DNA from: an uncultured cyanobacterium
Lineage (GTDB): Bacteria > Cyanobacteriota > Cyanobacteriia > Cyanobacteriales > CAWUOF01
NCBI GenBank assembly: GCA_963744145.1
Contig: CAVUSO010000001.1
Span: 864,001 to 928,000 of the forward strand
Direction: 5' to 3'
DNA length: 64,000 nucleotides
A program made the translations under genes and the position numbers. Within the stretch, counting starts at the first letter, position 1, and every line of letters begins with the position of its first letter. The notes under the pieces were generated by a model. The model ran no database searches, was not told the origin of the DNA, and worked only from the letters and a program-made list of their open reading frames with translations. Of this stretch, positions 54,560 through 64,000 are shown piece by piece.

Positions 54560-54743
54560 TATTATTTACATTTATCCCAATGGCTTTATTTGGTTATAGC
54601 ATTACCTAGATTATGTAGTGACATGAAAAAAGTATTAAACTTGGATCACAATTTTATCATATCACTACTTTTTTACTACGTTTAAGCTGGGTTGATTTTT
54701 AGCCGGAATTGGATGGGTAAGATTGGACAATTGCTAGATATTT

Positions 54744-55361
54744 TTAAGCGATCGCAGCTTTTTTACTTTCCTTTCCTTCTCCATTTTTGTCAGAATTTAT
54801 TTTAGCTAAATCTTTGGTCACTGGGACAATAGCGATTGGTTTAAGTAATTCCCAAGCTTCTTTAGCATCAGGTTCTAAAGCATCATATTCAACTTTAGCA
54901 CTTGCTAAATCTTCTAAAGCTTTAGAAAAAGATTTGTTTTGAATTTTTTCTTGCTCTTCGCTGGTTAATCTCTCGGGTTTAAAGAGAGCATCAATTAAAG
55001 GTAGATACTCTTGAAAATTTTCTTGATTTTTCTGAAGTTCCCTTCTAGCTTGAGCTAATTGAGCAATTTTTTTAGCTGCAATCTCTAGGGGTTGTAATTC
55101 CCGATTGACACTACTGAATTTAGGATAGTCAACCAGAATTAAATCATCAATCCCTAACCCATCAGGAAAACTGTCTTCACCTAACTCATCTTCCTCATCA
55201 ATTCTTCTTCTTACTTCATCTAAAGCTCTCTGACGTGATATTTCATTATCTTGGGGACTTTCTACTTCAATCAATAATCCCGGATGATCTTTGACTGTGT
55301 ATTGGACGGTTTTCTTTTTTCTACCCATAATGACTCTCCTTTGATAGCATTTTGCTATCAA
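54744..55361 (-). CDS. Hypothetical protein
   Basis: 205-aa charged, helical ORF; family not recognised. Confidence 0.6.
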   Translation of the reverse strand: MIAKCYQRRVIMGRKKKTVQYTVKDHPGLLIEVESPQDNEISRQRALDEVRRRIDEEDELGEDSFPDGLGIDDLILVDYPKFSSVNRELQPLEIAAKKIAQLAQARRELQKNQENFQEYLPLIDALFKPERLTSEEQEKIQNKSFSKALEDLASAKVEYDALEPDAKEAWELLKPIAIVPVTKDLAKINSDKNGEGKESKKAAIA

Positions 55362-55501
55362 TCTTCTTCTAATTATATTATACTTTTTTTTGAGGATTAT
55401 TTGCTCAATTTAACTAAATATTAGGAATTGAAGGGAAAAATATCACCTTGATTTAATCAGGGTTTTCCCCAACTATTGATCGCGATCGGTGACTTATGTA
55501 A

Positions 55502-57913
55502 CTAAATTAGCTCAGGAAGATCACAGGAATCAGTCACCGATACTGGTAAACGAACTGTAAAAATCGATCCTTTACCTACTTCACTTTCTAAGGAAATATC
55601 ACCTTTCATCATTTGACAGAAACGATGACTAATTGCTAATCCTAATCCTGTCCCACCATATTTACGAGTAATGCTCGGATCAGCTTGAGTAAAAGCATTA
55701 AAAATATGTTGTTGCTGTTCTAAGGTAATTCCAATTCCCGTGTCACGAACTTGAAAGACAAACATGGATTCGGCAATTTCTACCGATAAAGTAATTTTAC
55801 CTTCTTCTGTAAATTTAGCAGCATTACTTAATAAATTGAGGAGAATTTGCCGGACTTTAGTTAAGTCAGAGTGCATTAAACCAATGGGTCGATTACAGTC
55901 TACTTGTAAAGAATTTTTTTGGTTCTTAACTAATGGTATTGCGGTGGTAACAACTTCAGAAATTAAATCAGCGACTTCAAAGGTTTCCAGATATAACTTC
56001 ATCCGTCCTGTTTCAATTTTCGAGATATCAAGAATATCATTAATTAAAGCCAAAAGATGTTTACCAGCAGTAGAAATTTTGGCTAAATCCGGGAGAAATT
56101 CTTGATTACCTGAATCGCGGATTTCTTCCGTCAGAATTTCACTATAACCGATAATTGCATTTAAGGGAGTACGCAGTTCGTGACTCATATTCGCTAAAAA
56201 GGTACTCTTCGAGCGACTAGCAGCTTCTGCTGCTTCTTTAGATTTTTGCAAAGCAACTTCAGTGATTTTCTGTTCAGTAATATTCCGCACTACTGATAAA
56301 CTAATTCGCTGATCACAGGGATCAGTAGTAGCTATACAATTAAGTAAAACATCAATAATTTTACCATCTTTTCTAATATATTGATAAGCCGCATCCTTAG
56401 CATAACCATCACACCATAATTTGGGGAAAATAGTTGACCAAAATCGCGATCGCGATTCAGGTGTCATCACAATATCAGCTTTCTGACCAATTATTTCTTC
56501 CCGAACATAACCAGTTTCTTCTAACCATTTGCTATTCACATTACAGATATAACCATTTTCATCAATGGAGTGCATCATCACTGGTGAATTTTCATAAATA
56601 TGTCGAAACTTTGCATCACTGTCCCTTAAAGCTTTTTCCGTTCGAGCACAGGAAGTCATTTCTTTTTGTAAATCTTGCAGAGCTTGACGAAGTTCCGAAG
56701 TCCGTTCTTCCACCCGTCGTTCTAATTCTTCATTTGCTTGTCGGAGTGCTTCTTCTGCTCGTTTGCGATCGGTAATATCACGTCCAATACATAGGATACT
56801 AATCACTTCCCCAGCTTCATTCCGGAGAGCTTTATTCATCCAGGATAACCAGAACCTTTTACCGTTACGATGGATATGTTCATTTTCGGTATATTTATCA
56901 GGATTTTTGAGAATTTCTTGAAACATTAGATGTGGATCATTTCCCAGAGCATCAATTGGTGATAGAATAGTGCCAAAAATATCTTCACCGAGCATTTCTG
57001 CTTGGGTGTAACCAAAAAATTGTTGAGCAAATTCATTAAAAAAGGTAATATGACCTTGCCGATCTAACCGCAGAATGATACTATTAGCATTCTCCACCAA
57101 TTCTCGATACTTAGTTTCGCTTTCTAATAGAGCTGCTGCTGCTTCCTGACGTTCGGTAATATCATCGTAAGTACAAAGAGTTCCGACCACATTGCCGATC
57201 GCATCATGGAGGGGAATTTTATTAGCTTCGAGCCAAACATTTTTGCCATTTGGTAAACAAACTTGCTCAATAATCCGATATTTTGGTGTATCGGTTTCCA
57301 TTACCTCATGGTCAAATTTTTGGAAAAAATCCGCTTGATTTTTGATTCCCAATGGTTCAAAATCTGTCAATCCCACAATTTCTGTCGGAGATGTTAACCC
57401 CAGATCAAGTGCCATTTTTTGATTACAACCTTGATAAACTGAGTTTCGATCTTTCCAAAAGATTGCTTGAGGGATATTATCCATTACCAATCTAAGCATC
57501 TGTTGAGATGAACGTAATTCTTCTTCAATTTTTCTCCGTTCAGTTATATCTCGACCGACACAATAGGTAAATTCAGATCCTTGTTGCAAAATTAACCAAC
57601 ATAACCAACGATAACTACCATTTTGGTGATAGTAGCGAATTTCACAGGGGATTTCTGTTTCTCCCAATTCTAACCAAGCGCAACTTTTGCTGATATCATC
57701 AGGATGGATTAATTCTTGCCAATATTTCGACATTAATTCCGTTCGACTCCAACCTAGATTGTTTGACCAGGTGGAATTAATTTCTTGAAAAGAACCATCA
57801 TTTCGGAGGATACAAAATAAATAGGGAGACCGATGAAAAAATATATTTAATTCAGTTTGAGCGATCGCTTTGTCCGGAACTAGTTCTTGGTTGATCTTTA
57901 ATAAGCTATCCAT
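55502..57913 (-). CDS. Multi-PAS sensor histidine kinase
   Basis: Four PAS/PAC repeats (DITER/DITDR), [14 protein letters not shown] and GGTGLGL. Confidence 0.92.
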   Translation of the reverse strand: MDSLLKINQELVPDKAIAQTELNIFFHRSPYLFCILRNDGSFQEINSTWSNNLGWSRTELMSKYWQELIHPDDISKSCAWLELGETEIPCEIRYYHQNGSYRWLCWLILQQGSEFTYCVGRDITERRKIEEELRSSQQMLRLVMDNIPQAIFWKDRNSVYQGCNQKMALDLGLTSPTEIVGLTDFEPLGIKNQADFFQKFDHEVMETDTPKYRIIEQVCLPNGKNVWLEANKIPLHDAIGNVVGTLCTYDDITERQEAAAALLESETKYRELVENANSIILRLDRQGHITFFNEFAQQFFGYTQAEMLGEDIFGTILSPIDALGNDPHLMFQEILKNPDKYTENEHIHRNGKRFWLSWMNKALRNEAGEVISILCIGRDITDRKRAEEALRQANEELERRVEERTSELRQALQDLQKEMTSCARTEKALRDSDAKFRHIYENSPVMMHSIDENGYICNVNSKWLEETGYVREEIIGQKADIVMTPESRSRFWSTIFPKLWCDGYAKDAAYQYIRKDGKIIDVLLNCIATTDPCDQRISLSVVRNITEQKITEVALQKSKEAAEAASRSKSTFLANMSHELRTPLNAIIGYSEILTEEIRDSGNQEFLPDLAKISTAGKHLLALINDILDISKIETGRMKLYLETFEVADLISEVVTTAIPLVKNQKNSLQVDCNRPIGLMHSDLTKVRQILLNLLSNAAKFTEEGKITLSVEIAESMFVFQVRDTGIGITLEQQQHIFNAFTQADPSITRKYGGTGLGLAISHRFCQMMKGDISLESEVGKGSIFTVRLPVSVTDSCDLPELI

Positions 57914-58032
57914 CAGATTGATTCCAAATCAGCTTGCAACAATTATGAACATTTCATAAGTAAAAGTAATGAGTAATCGGGTAATCTCTTGCGCTCTTAC
58001 CCATTACTCATTACTGATCACAATCGGAAATT

Positions 58033-58392
58033 TTATTCTTTTCTTTCAATGACTACGGTTAAATGAGCAACTAATGCACCAATTGCTCCTAGTGCTGCTA
58101 CCACTGGGAACAATAAAGTTCCTACTACTCCACCGACTACACCGACAGTGAAAGGAATTTCAATCAGGATCTGTCCTTCTTCATCTTTGACGATAATCCG
58201 ACGGATATTACCTTGATGAATCAGTTCTTTAACTTTGCTGACTAAAGCATCACCATTAATGCTAAATTCTTCTACACTTACTTGATTCGTAGTCTGAACC
58301 TCTGATTCTGTCACAGATGTTTCCGTTGTGCTGGTGGGAGTGGTCGATTGCGCTTCACCACTGGTTGTTTGATTTTCAACCGGATCGATCAT
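58033..58392 (-). CDS. DUF4342-like protein
   Basis: VKELIHQGNIRRIIVK...IEIP plus a hydrophobic tail. Confidence 0.75.
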   Translation of the reverse strand: MIDPVENQTTSGEAQSTTPTSTTETSVTESEVQTTNQVSVEEFSINGDALVSKVKELIHQGNIRRIIVKDEEGQILIEIPFTVGVVGGVVGTLLFPVVAALGAIGALVAHLTVVIERKE

Positions 58393-58517
58393 ATTATTCT
58401 CCTCTGTTTACCCGATGATTTTTATGGACATCAAAATTAATTGGGGAAATTCAGAATTTCCAGGATAGGGAGGACAAATTGGGACTATTTCCCAGGATTT
58501 GAGTTTATATCTAAATT

Positions 58518-59492
58518 TTATTCTTTTCGTTGAGTCAGCGTCTTAACGACCCACTCAATCACATTGTGACCTAAGCGAGTACCATTGAACAGATCAATTT
58601 CTCGGACACAAGTAGGACTGGTAACATTAACTTCAGTCAGGTAGTTACCAATAATATCAATCCCGACAAACCACAATCCATCTGCTCTCAGCTTGGGTGC
58701 TAATTCGCTACATAAACGCTGATCTTGGGGTGTAATTTCAGCAGGAGCGACATTACCACCCACAGCCATATTATTGCGAAATTCATTTCCAGCAGACAGC
58801 CGATTTACCGCACCAATGGGTTCACCATCGAGTAAGATAATTCGTTTATCCCCTGCTTTAGCTTCCGGGAGATAGGTTTGGACCATGACTGGATCGCTTC
58901 CTCGGGTACTAATTTCCATCAAGGAGTTGAGATTGCGATCGCCCGCTTCTAGGTATAAAATCCCTTCCCCCGCTTTTCCTCCCAAGGGTTTGAGGATAGC
59001 TGCACCTTGTTTATGCACAAATTCCCTAATTACTGACTTCTCCTGAGAGACAATAGTTTCGGGAATTACCTGAGTAAACTGTAACGCATACATTTTTTCA
59101 TTAGCCGCTCGCAATCCTTTTGGAGCATTAACTACCAAAGTTTTGGTCGGATCAACATAGTCGAGAATGTAGGTAGAGTAAAGATAGGGCACATTTACTG
59201 GTGGATCGGTACGCATAAAGACCGCATCCATTGCTTCTAAGGGTTTAAAGACGCGATCGCCAAGGACATACCAAGGATTAGCTGCAATCCATTTTCCCTG
59301 TTGCAATTGGACTGGTGTTAGATGAACTTGCTGGATAGTAGCCCAAGCTTTACTCTCGACTACACTCAGGTGCTTAATTTCAGTTATCCAAACTTCATGT
59401 CCTAGTTCCCCTGCTGCTTCCATGAACGCCACACTGGTATCATGACAGGGATTGAGTTGGTGAATCGGATCGATGATAAATGCAAATTTCAC
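58518..59492 (-). CDS. gshB: Glutathione synthetase
   Basis: MRTDPP, NEK, GDKRI and EVNVTSPT; GTG start at 59492 preferred. Confidence 0.95.
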   Translation of the reverse strand: MKFAFIIDPIHQLNPCHDTSVAFMEAAGELGHEVWITEIKHLSVVESKAWATIQQVHLTPVQLQQGKWIAANPWYVLGDRVFKPLEAMDAVFMRTDPPVNVPYLYSTYILDYVDPTKTLVVNAPKGLRAANEKMYALQFTQVIPETIVSQEKSVIREFVHKQGAAILKPLGGKAGEGILYLEAGDRNLNSLMEISTRGSDPVMVQTYLPEAKAGDKRIILLDGEPIGAVNRLSAGNEFRNNMAVGGNVAPAEITPQDQRLCSELAPKLRADGLWFVGIDIIGNYLTEVNVTSPTCVREIDLFNGTRLGHNVIEWVVKTLTQRKE

Positions 59493-59499
59493 GCTTAAA

Positions 59500-59757
59500 T
59501 TACCCCAGGAGTGCATCGAGCTGTTTTTGAGCATTTAGTTGATAGATATCATCACAACCTCCAATGTGTTGATCATTAATAAATATCTGGGGTAAAGAAC
59601 GCCGACCATTAGCTCTCTTGGCCATTTCATTTCGGGCTAGCTCATCACCATCAATGCTATATTCGGTAAATTGAATGCCTTTACTGCGAAGCAATTCTTT
59701 GGCACGAATGCAAAATGGACAGGTTTTCCATGTGTAAATTTCAACTTTAGCGGTCAT
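59500..59757 (-). CDS. grxC: Glutaredoxin 3
   Basis: CPFC, SLPQIFI and IGGCDD. Confidence 0.95.
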   Translation of the reverse strand: MTAKVEIYTWKTCPFCIRAKELLRSKGIQFTEYSIDGDELARNEMAKRANGRRSLPQIFINDQHIGGCDDIYQLNAQKQLDALLG

Positions 59758-59845
59758 AAAAATTTCTGCAAATGTTACGGCACTTGTCTAATTATGAACT
59801 ATTTTTATTAGACCTCAACCCAAGGTCATGTTAATCAATTGATCA

Positions 59846-59910
59846 GGACAGACAAGATGTCTGTCCCACCAGAAAAAAAGACTCTTGTGGGACAGTCATC
59901 TTGACTGTCC
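59846..59910. repeat. GGACAGACAAGATGTCTGTCC palindromic repeat (also ~18989-19010 and ~26272-26293)
   Basis: The same hairpin motif recurs in several intergenic regions, here as an inverted pair. Confidence 0.65.
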
Positions 59911-59933
59911 TAGTTATTTTGGTAAGATTTTTG

Positions 59934-61667
59934 TTAAGATGAAACAGCATAGTGAATTAGCTGCGCCATTCGTAACCGCAGCGTTTCCAAACCTAAACTA
60001 TGCACAGCAGAAACAAATACAGCGATCGGAAACTCTTCCCGAGCTAGGGCCAAAGTATCGCCATTTACTTGATCAATTTTATTAAAGACAATTAGAGCCG
60101 GACCCGGAGTCACGGGCATTTGGGCTAGAATAGACATCACAGCACGAATCTGACTTTGCCAAGCTGGATGGGAAAGATCAACTAAATGCAATAAAGCATC
60201 AGCTTCAGTAACTTCCTCTAAAGTAGCGCGAAAAGCATCAATCAATGAGGGTGGTAGTTCGTGAATAAAACCTACTGTGTCAGTGATGACAATTGACCGA
60301 GACTTACCAGTAGCAGGATCGGGAACGACGAGACGACGACTGGTCGGATCAAGAGTAGCAAATAATTGGTCTGCTGTATAGACTTCCGAATTAGTGAGAG
60401 CATTTAAGAGGGTGGATTTACCCGCATTGGTATAACCGACAATCGCAATGGAAGCAACCTCATGATGTTGTCGGTTTTGTCGCAATCTGGCTCGATGAGC
60501 TTGGAGTTGGTTAACTTCTTCCTGCAAACGAGCGATCCGACGTTGAATAGCTCGACGTTCAGTTTCTAGTTTAGTTTCACCCGGACCTCTAGTCCCAATT
60601 CCACCCCCCAACCGAGACATCGCTTGTCCTCGACCAGTTAAACGAGGTAACATATATTCTAATTGAGCGAGTTCAACCTGCAATTTACCTGCACCAGATT
60701 GGGCTCGTTGGGCAAAAATATCTAAAATTACTTCCGTGCGATCGATCACTCTGATCCCGATTTGGGTTTCCAGATTCCGAACTTGAGCTGGGGAAAGATC
60801 GCGATCGAACACAATTAAATTCGCTCCAACGGTTTGAGCAGTCAGAGCTATTTCTTGAACTTTACCTTCACCGACAACAGTTTGGGGATGGGGTTTAGGT
60901 CGTTTTTGTCGGACAGTTTGGAGGACAACTCCCCCAGCAGTATCAACTAATCGAGCTAGTTCTGCTAATCCATCTTGAAATTCTAAAGCTGTCATGCGAT
61001 CGGTCATTAATCCCACTAACAGCACTTTATCTTGGTCAGATTCAACGGTCTGAGCGACAAATTCGCGCTGAAATTCTGTTTCGAGTGCTTCGACTAGCTC
61101 TAGGAAATCTTGGTTAACCAGTCCGTCCAAATTGAGAGGTGGGGAAATTGTCCAATTAGCGATTTCTGGAGTAGAGGAGAGCAGGGGGAGATCCGGGTCA
61201 TGGTCGTGATTAGGTACTAGATGGGCTAAATAAGTTTCTTTGATATAGCCGATCGCACCTCCTCCCCGACGTTCAAATCCTTCACCCGTTAGGTTTAATA
61301 ATACTAACACATCGAGCCGCTGCATGGCCATTGCCGTCAGAGCTGCTTCATTGGGAGGTTCCGGTTTGAGATTGGTACTCAGACAACGAATTCCACTGAG
61401 ACGACCAGAACCATAACGGGGTAATTCTAAGGGGGGGATTTGGGTTTGACGCGGAGTACCCACACCAACCCGGATGACTTGTCCCCGTCGATTAATGTAA
61501 GCACAAATTGGTTGATCGATATCGGTACTGATTGCTGCTAATCGCTGGGCAAATTCAGACGTGGTAATGCGATCGCCCGGTAGGCGCTGATGATATAGTT
61601 TCTGGAGTTGTTTAAGTTGGCTGGACTTTAGCCCTTGTAAGTTGCCGTAGATCGTTTCTATAGACAT
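59934..61667 (-). CDS. hflX: GTPase HflX (cyanobacterial long form)
   Basis: GYTNAGKST, LFATLDPT, DTVGF and NKID. Confidence 0.95.
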   Translation of the reverse strand: MSIETIYGNLQGLKSSQLKQLQKLYHQRLPGDRITTSEFAQRLAAISTDIDQPICAYINRRGQVIRVGVGTPRQTQIPPLELPRYGSGRLSGIRCLSTNLKPEPPNEAALTAMAMQRLDVLVLLNLTGEGFERRGGGAIGYIKETYLAHLVPNHDHDPDLPLLSSTPEIANWTISPPLNLDGLVNQDFLELVEALETEFQREFVAQTVESDQDKVLLVGLMTDRMTALEFQDGLAELARLVDTAGGVVLQTVRQKRPKPHPQTVVGEGKVQEIALTAQTVGANLIVFDRDLSPAQVRNLETQIGIRVIDRTEVILDIFAQRAQSGAGKLQVELAQLEYMLPRLTGRGQAMSRLGGGIGTRGPGETKLETERRAIQRRIARLQEEVNQLQAHRARLRQNRQHHEVASIAIVGYTNAGKSTLLNALTNSEVYTADQLFATLDPTSRRLVVPDPATGKSRSIVITDTVGFIHELPPSLIDAFRATLEEVTEADALLHLVDLSHPAWQSQIRAVMSILAQMPVTPGPALIVFNKIDQVNGDTLALAREEFPIAVFVSAVHSLGLETLRLRMAQLIHYAVSS

Positions 61668-61761
61668 TTTAAACCAGGTGTCTGGTCCTCGAATACTTAA
61701 GTAGTTTATCTATATTTTAACATGGGACTGAAATTTAGGTGAAAAATATTGAGGATAATCT

Positions 61762-62564
61762 ATGATTTATTCAGATATACGTTTTTATACTTGGCTCGAT
61801 ACTGAAGAAGTTCTACTTCGCATTCAAGAAACAAATAGTTTACCAAATTGGTTAGTTTGGGCAGAAGCTTACTGGGATAGTTTAACAATTGGTATTCGTT
61901 CTGGTTATCAATTAGCAGCCAAAAAATGGTTGCAAGAAGTTTATGATCCTCGATTTAAAATTGACTCAGAAGATGAAGATGTAGATGGTCTAATTATTTT
62001 AGAAAGTCTTTCTAATAAACCAAAATTTCTTCCAGTAATTTTAGAAGAGACTATTCATTAAAAATTAAGCCTGAGCATCTCACGCAAGGTGATACTTTAA
62101 AAGATGCGGTTTCAGCTAAATTTGTACTTGCAGCACTTTCAGATTTTCAAGGACAAATTCAATCCCGCGATTTAGTCCGTTTTCTTAATTTCGCCGCCAA
62201 CGCATCTCTAAATGATACTCGTTGGCAAGATCGAATTCTTATTCCTAAAGGAATTAAAGATGCTATCCCTGAATGTAGTAAAGACAAAATTCAAGAAATT
62301 GAGCAAGAAAATACTATATTGAAAGAAGTGTTTACTAAATTGCGCGAACTTGCAAGTCAACAGCGGGAAATACCTTTTACCAGGGAACAAATAGGATTAT
62401 CCGTAGAAGAAATAAAGATATTGGAAGTAAACGGTGTGATTATTCGGGACAATGATCTATACTATATGCCAGAAATCTTTCGTTTTGGTTTAGGCTTTTC
62501 GCTGACAAGAGTAGGTCGTCCAGCAGTTTTGTCTTTGGCTCGTCGTGCAGCTAAACAAAGATAA
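61762..62564 (+). pseudogene. Internally deleted remnant of a large (probably P-loop ATPase) gene
   Basis: A 99-aa N-terminal fragment (YTWLD...) is followed by a start-less frame from ~62100 (KDAVSAKFVLAALSDFQGQIQSRDLVRFL...YMPEIFRFGLGF...). The family call is recall-based. Confidence 0.5.
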
Positions 62565-62756
62565 TAAATCAAAAAGCGTCTCGGCTTTTTTTTCAGCTTT
62601 GTGTAGTCCGTCAAACTGACGGTACAAAAATCGTCCACATCACAAAATATTTGGGTGATAGTTGGACGTGATCCAGCGGATGACCCGTTGATGAAGTACA
62701 GTAAGATTTGGCGTGAATAGCGATCGGTTAAAGTCGATTGTAATTGATCTGTGTTG

Positions 62757-63035
62757 GTTGGGCGGGTTTATGATGTTGATCTATTTGTGTCATAATTAAT
62801 TGGTGAACCCGCCCCTACAAATTCTGGTTTATTGTGAGCATAAATTCATCGGCAATACATTTTTATGATCTAGTAGGGGCGGGTTCACCGATGAATTTGC
62901 CACACACAAGTAACTTTGATGAACCCGCCCTGCCCCACAAATAACCTTAATGAACCTTGTGTCGAGTTTACCCTGAGTTTACCCTGAGCGAAGTCGAAGC
63001 TTGCCCTGAGCGAAGTCGAAGGGGGCGTAGTCGAG
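62757..63035. repeat. REP-like hairpin cluster
   Basis: GGGCGGGTT...AACCCGCCC pairs with GTAG/CTAC, plus tandem CCCTGAGCGAAGTCGAAG. Confidence 0.65.
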
Positions 63036-63205
63036 ACATACCCCCCATTTTATCTCACAGACAACACTGCTATATTTCATAAATCGGTCATACGCTATAT
63101 AATGTCAAGCATGGCTGAGACCAAATTCTTCAAATCTAGTCCCAGCCTTTTTTTCAGCTTTGTCTAGTCCATCAAACTGACGTTGAAAAAAATAAGAGCA
63201 AAAAA

Positions 63206-63583
63206 ATGAAGAAGATAATTAAAATAACAAAGTTATATCTTTCAATATTTTTTTTAGGTTTATCCATAAACTTTTTGTCATATATATCAAATGTCCAAGC
63301 TGAAACAAATAATAATGGACAAACCTTAATCGGTAATGGATCATCAGGTAGACATTCTTATGAGATTTGGGTAAATGAAGATGATACTGAATATGAGCTT
63401 ATAGTTGGACGAACAAATGATGATGATCCTGATGATCATAGAAGATCTGTTGGTATTTTTAGGTCAATGGGTGACGCATTAGATTATTTTGATTGTAGAT
63501 ATGGTAAAAAAGATGATGTTTGCAAAAATAACGAGAATCGTCACTTACAGCCCTTGGATGGTGGTGATTCTGATCACTATTAG
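63206..63583 (+). CDS. Hypothetical secreted protein
   Basis: Signal peptide ending VQA; acidic mature part with two Cys. Confidence 0.6.
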   Translation: MKKIIKITKLYLSIFFLGLSINFLSYISNVQAETNNNGQTLIGNGSSGRHSYEIWVNEDDTEYELIVGRTNDDDPDDHRRSVGIFRSMGDALDYFDCRYGKKDDVCKNNENRHLQPLDGGDSDHY

Positions 63584-63585
63584 CT

Positions 63586-64000
63586 TCATCGGACAGAGGT
63601 TAATTTAGGTTGATTACGTGGATGACTATACTCTTGAGAAAGTACCCATTCACGAATAAATCGAGCTAGGGTTTTTTGTGCTAAACCACCAGCAACTTTT
63701 TGTCCCATGCGTTGAACTTCTGGTTTTCCTAATAATTGAGGGATTAACGATAGAATCTCCATCGGTTCAAAACCAGGAGTTTCTTGCAAAATTCCCCAAA
63801 TTCTTTGTAAGTGTTCTAAGTTTTGCCGATCGCTAACAATGATTGGGGGTTCATTTATTTTGACTCCCAACCATTCATTAACTGTTGTCCTGGCATTTTT
63901 TAAAGCATTTTGCCAAGCATTTTGCGACCAGATATCTAAATTTTTCACAATTTCATCTACTAAATAATCGCGAATAAAATCACCGCGTTCCGAGAATAAA
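63586..64000 (-). CDS. 3' end of an ABC1/AarF/UbiB-family kinase (truncated by the window edge)
   Basis: The frame extends past the edge (LFSERGDFIRDYLVDEIVKNLD...), resembling the cyanobacterial ABC1 kinase C-terminus. Confidence 0.55.
   Translation of the reverse strand, partial: LFSERGDFIRDYLVDEIVKNLDIWSQNAWQNALKNARTTVNEWLGVKINEPPIIVSDRQNLEHLQRIWGILQETPGFEPMEILSLIPQLLGKPEVQRMGQKVAGGLAQKTLARFIREWVLSQEYSHPRNQPKLTSVR

Noticed and set aside
14201-60085. Other short ORFs overlapping or antisense to long genes (e.g. 14201, 15533, 16034, 29539, 37459, 53259, 55764, 59885)
   Set aside because: They overlap well-supported genes and have no recognisable motifs.

Overview
Cyanobacterial chromosomal window (abundant HIP1 GCGATCGC, ftsH2, gshB-grxC, hflX). 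1-13223 is the trailer half of a very large type I-D-like CRISPR array (37-bp repeat, roughly 160 units; no leader or cas genes in the window). The array is interrupted twice. The first insert is a 749-bp transposase-less TGT...ACA element with perfect 25-bp TIRs and eight repeated transposase-binding-like sites (Tn7/Tn5053/Mu-type ends). The second is a nested MITE inside a repeat. The last degenerate repeat supplies the stop codon of a convergent histidine kinase. The middle of the window holds housekeeping genes, a chromosomal ParM/ParR-like (CorMR-like) pair, and a cyanobacterin-type furanolide gene cluster (ammonia-lyase, acyl-CoA ligase, ThDP enzyme, FabH-like synthase, Coq4-motif protein) that carries a ketosynthase allele-swap scar. 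About 38.5-44.6 kb is a head-to-tail array of five intact and one truncated near-identical Rpn (PD-(D/E)XK) genes. Each intact copy has an internal RBS/ATG for a putative intragenic antitoxin and a different number (6-14) of 12-bp repeats. A TumE-like toxin with a frameshifted antitoxin follows. The rest is mostly housekeeping genes, two likely pseudogenes and many REP/MITE-like repeats. All family assignments come from motif recognition; no database search was run.
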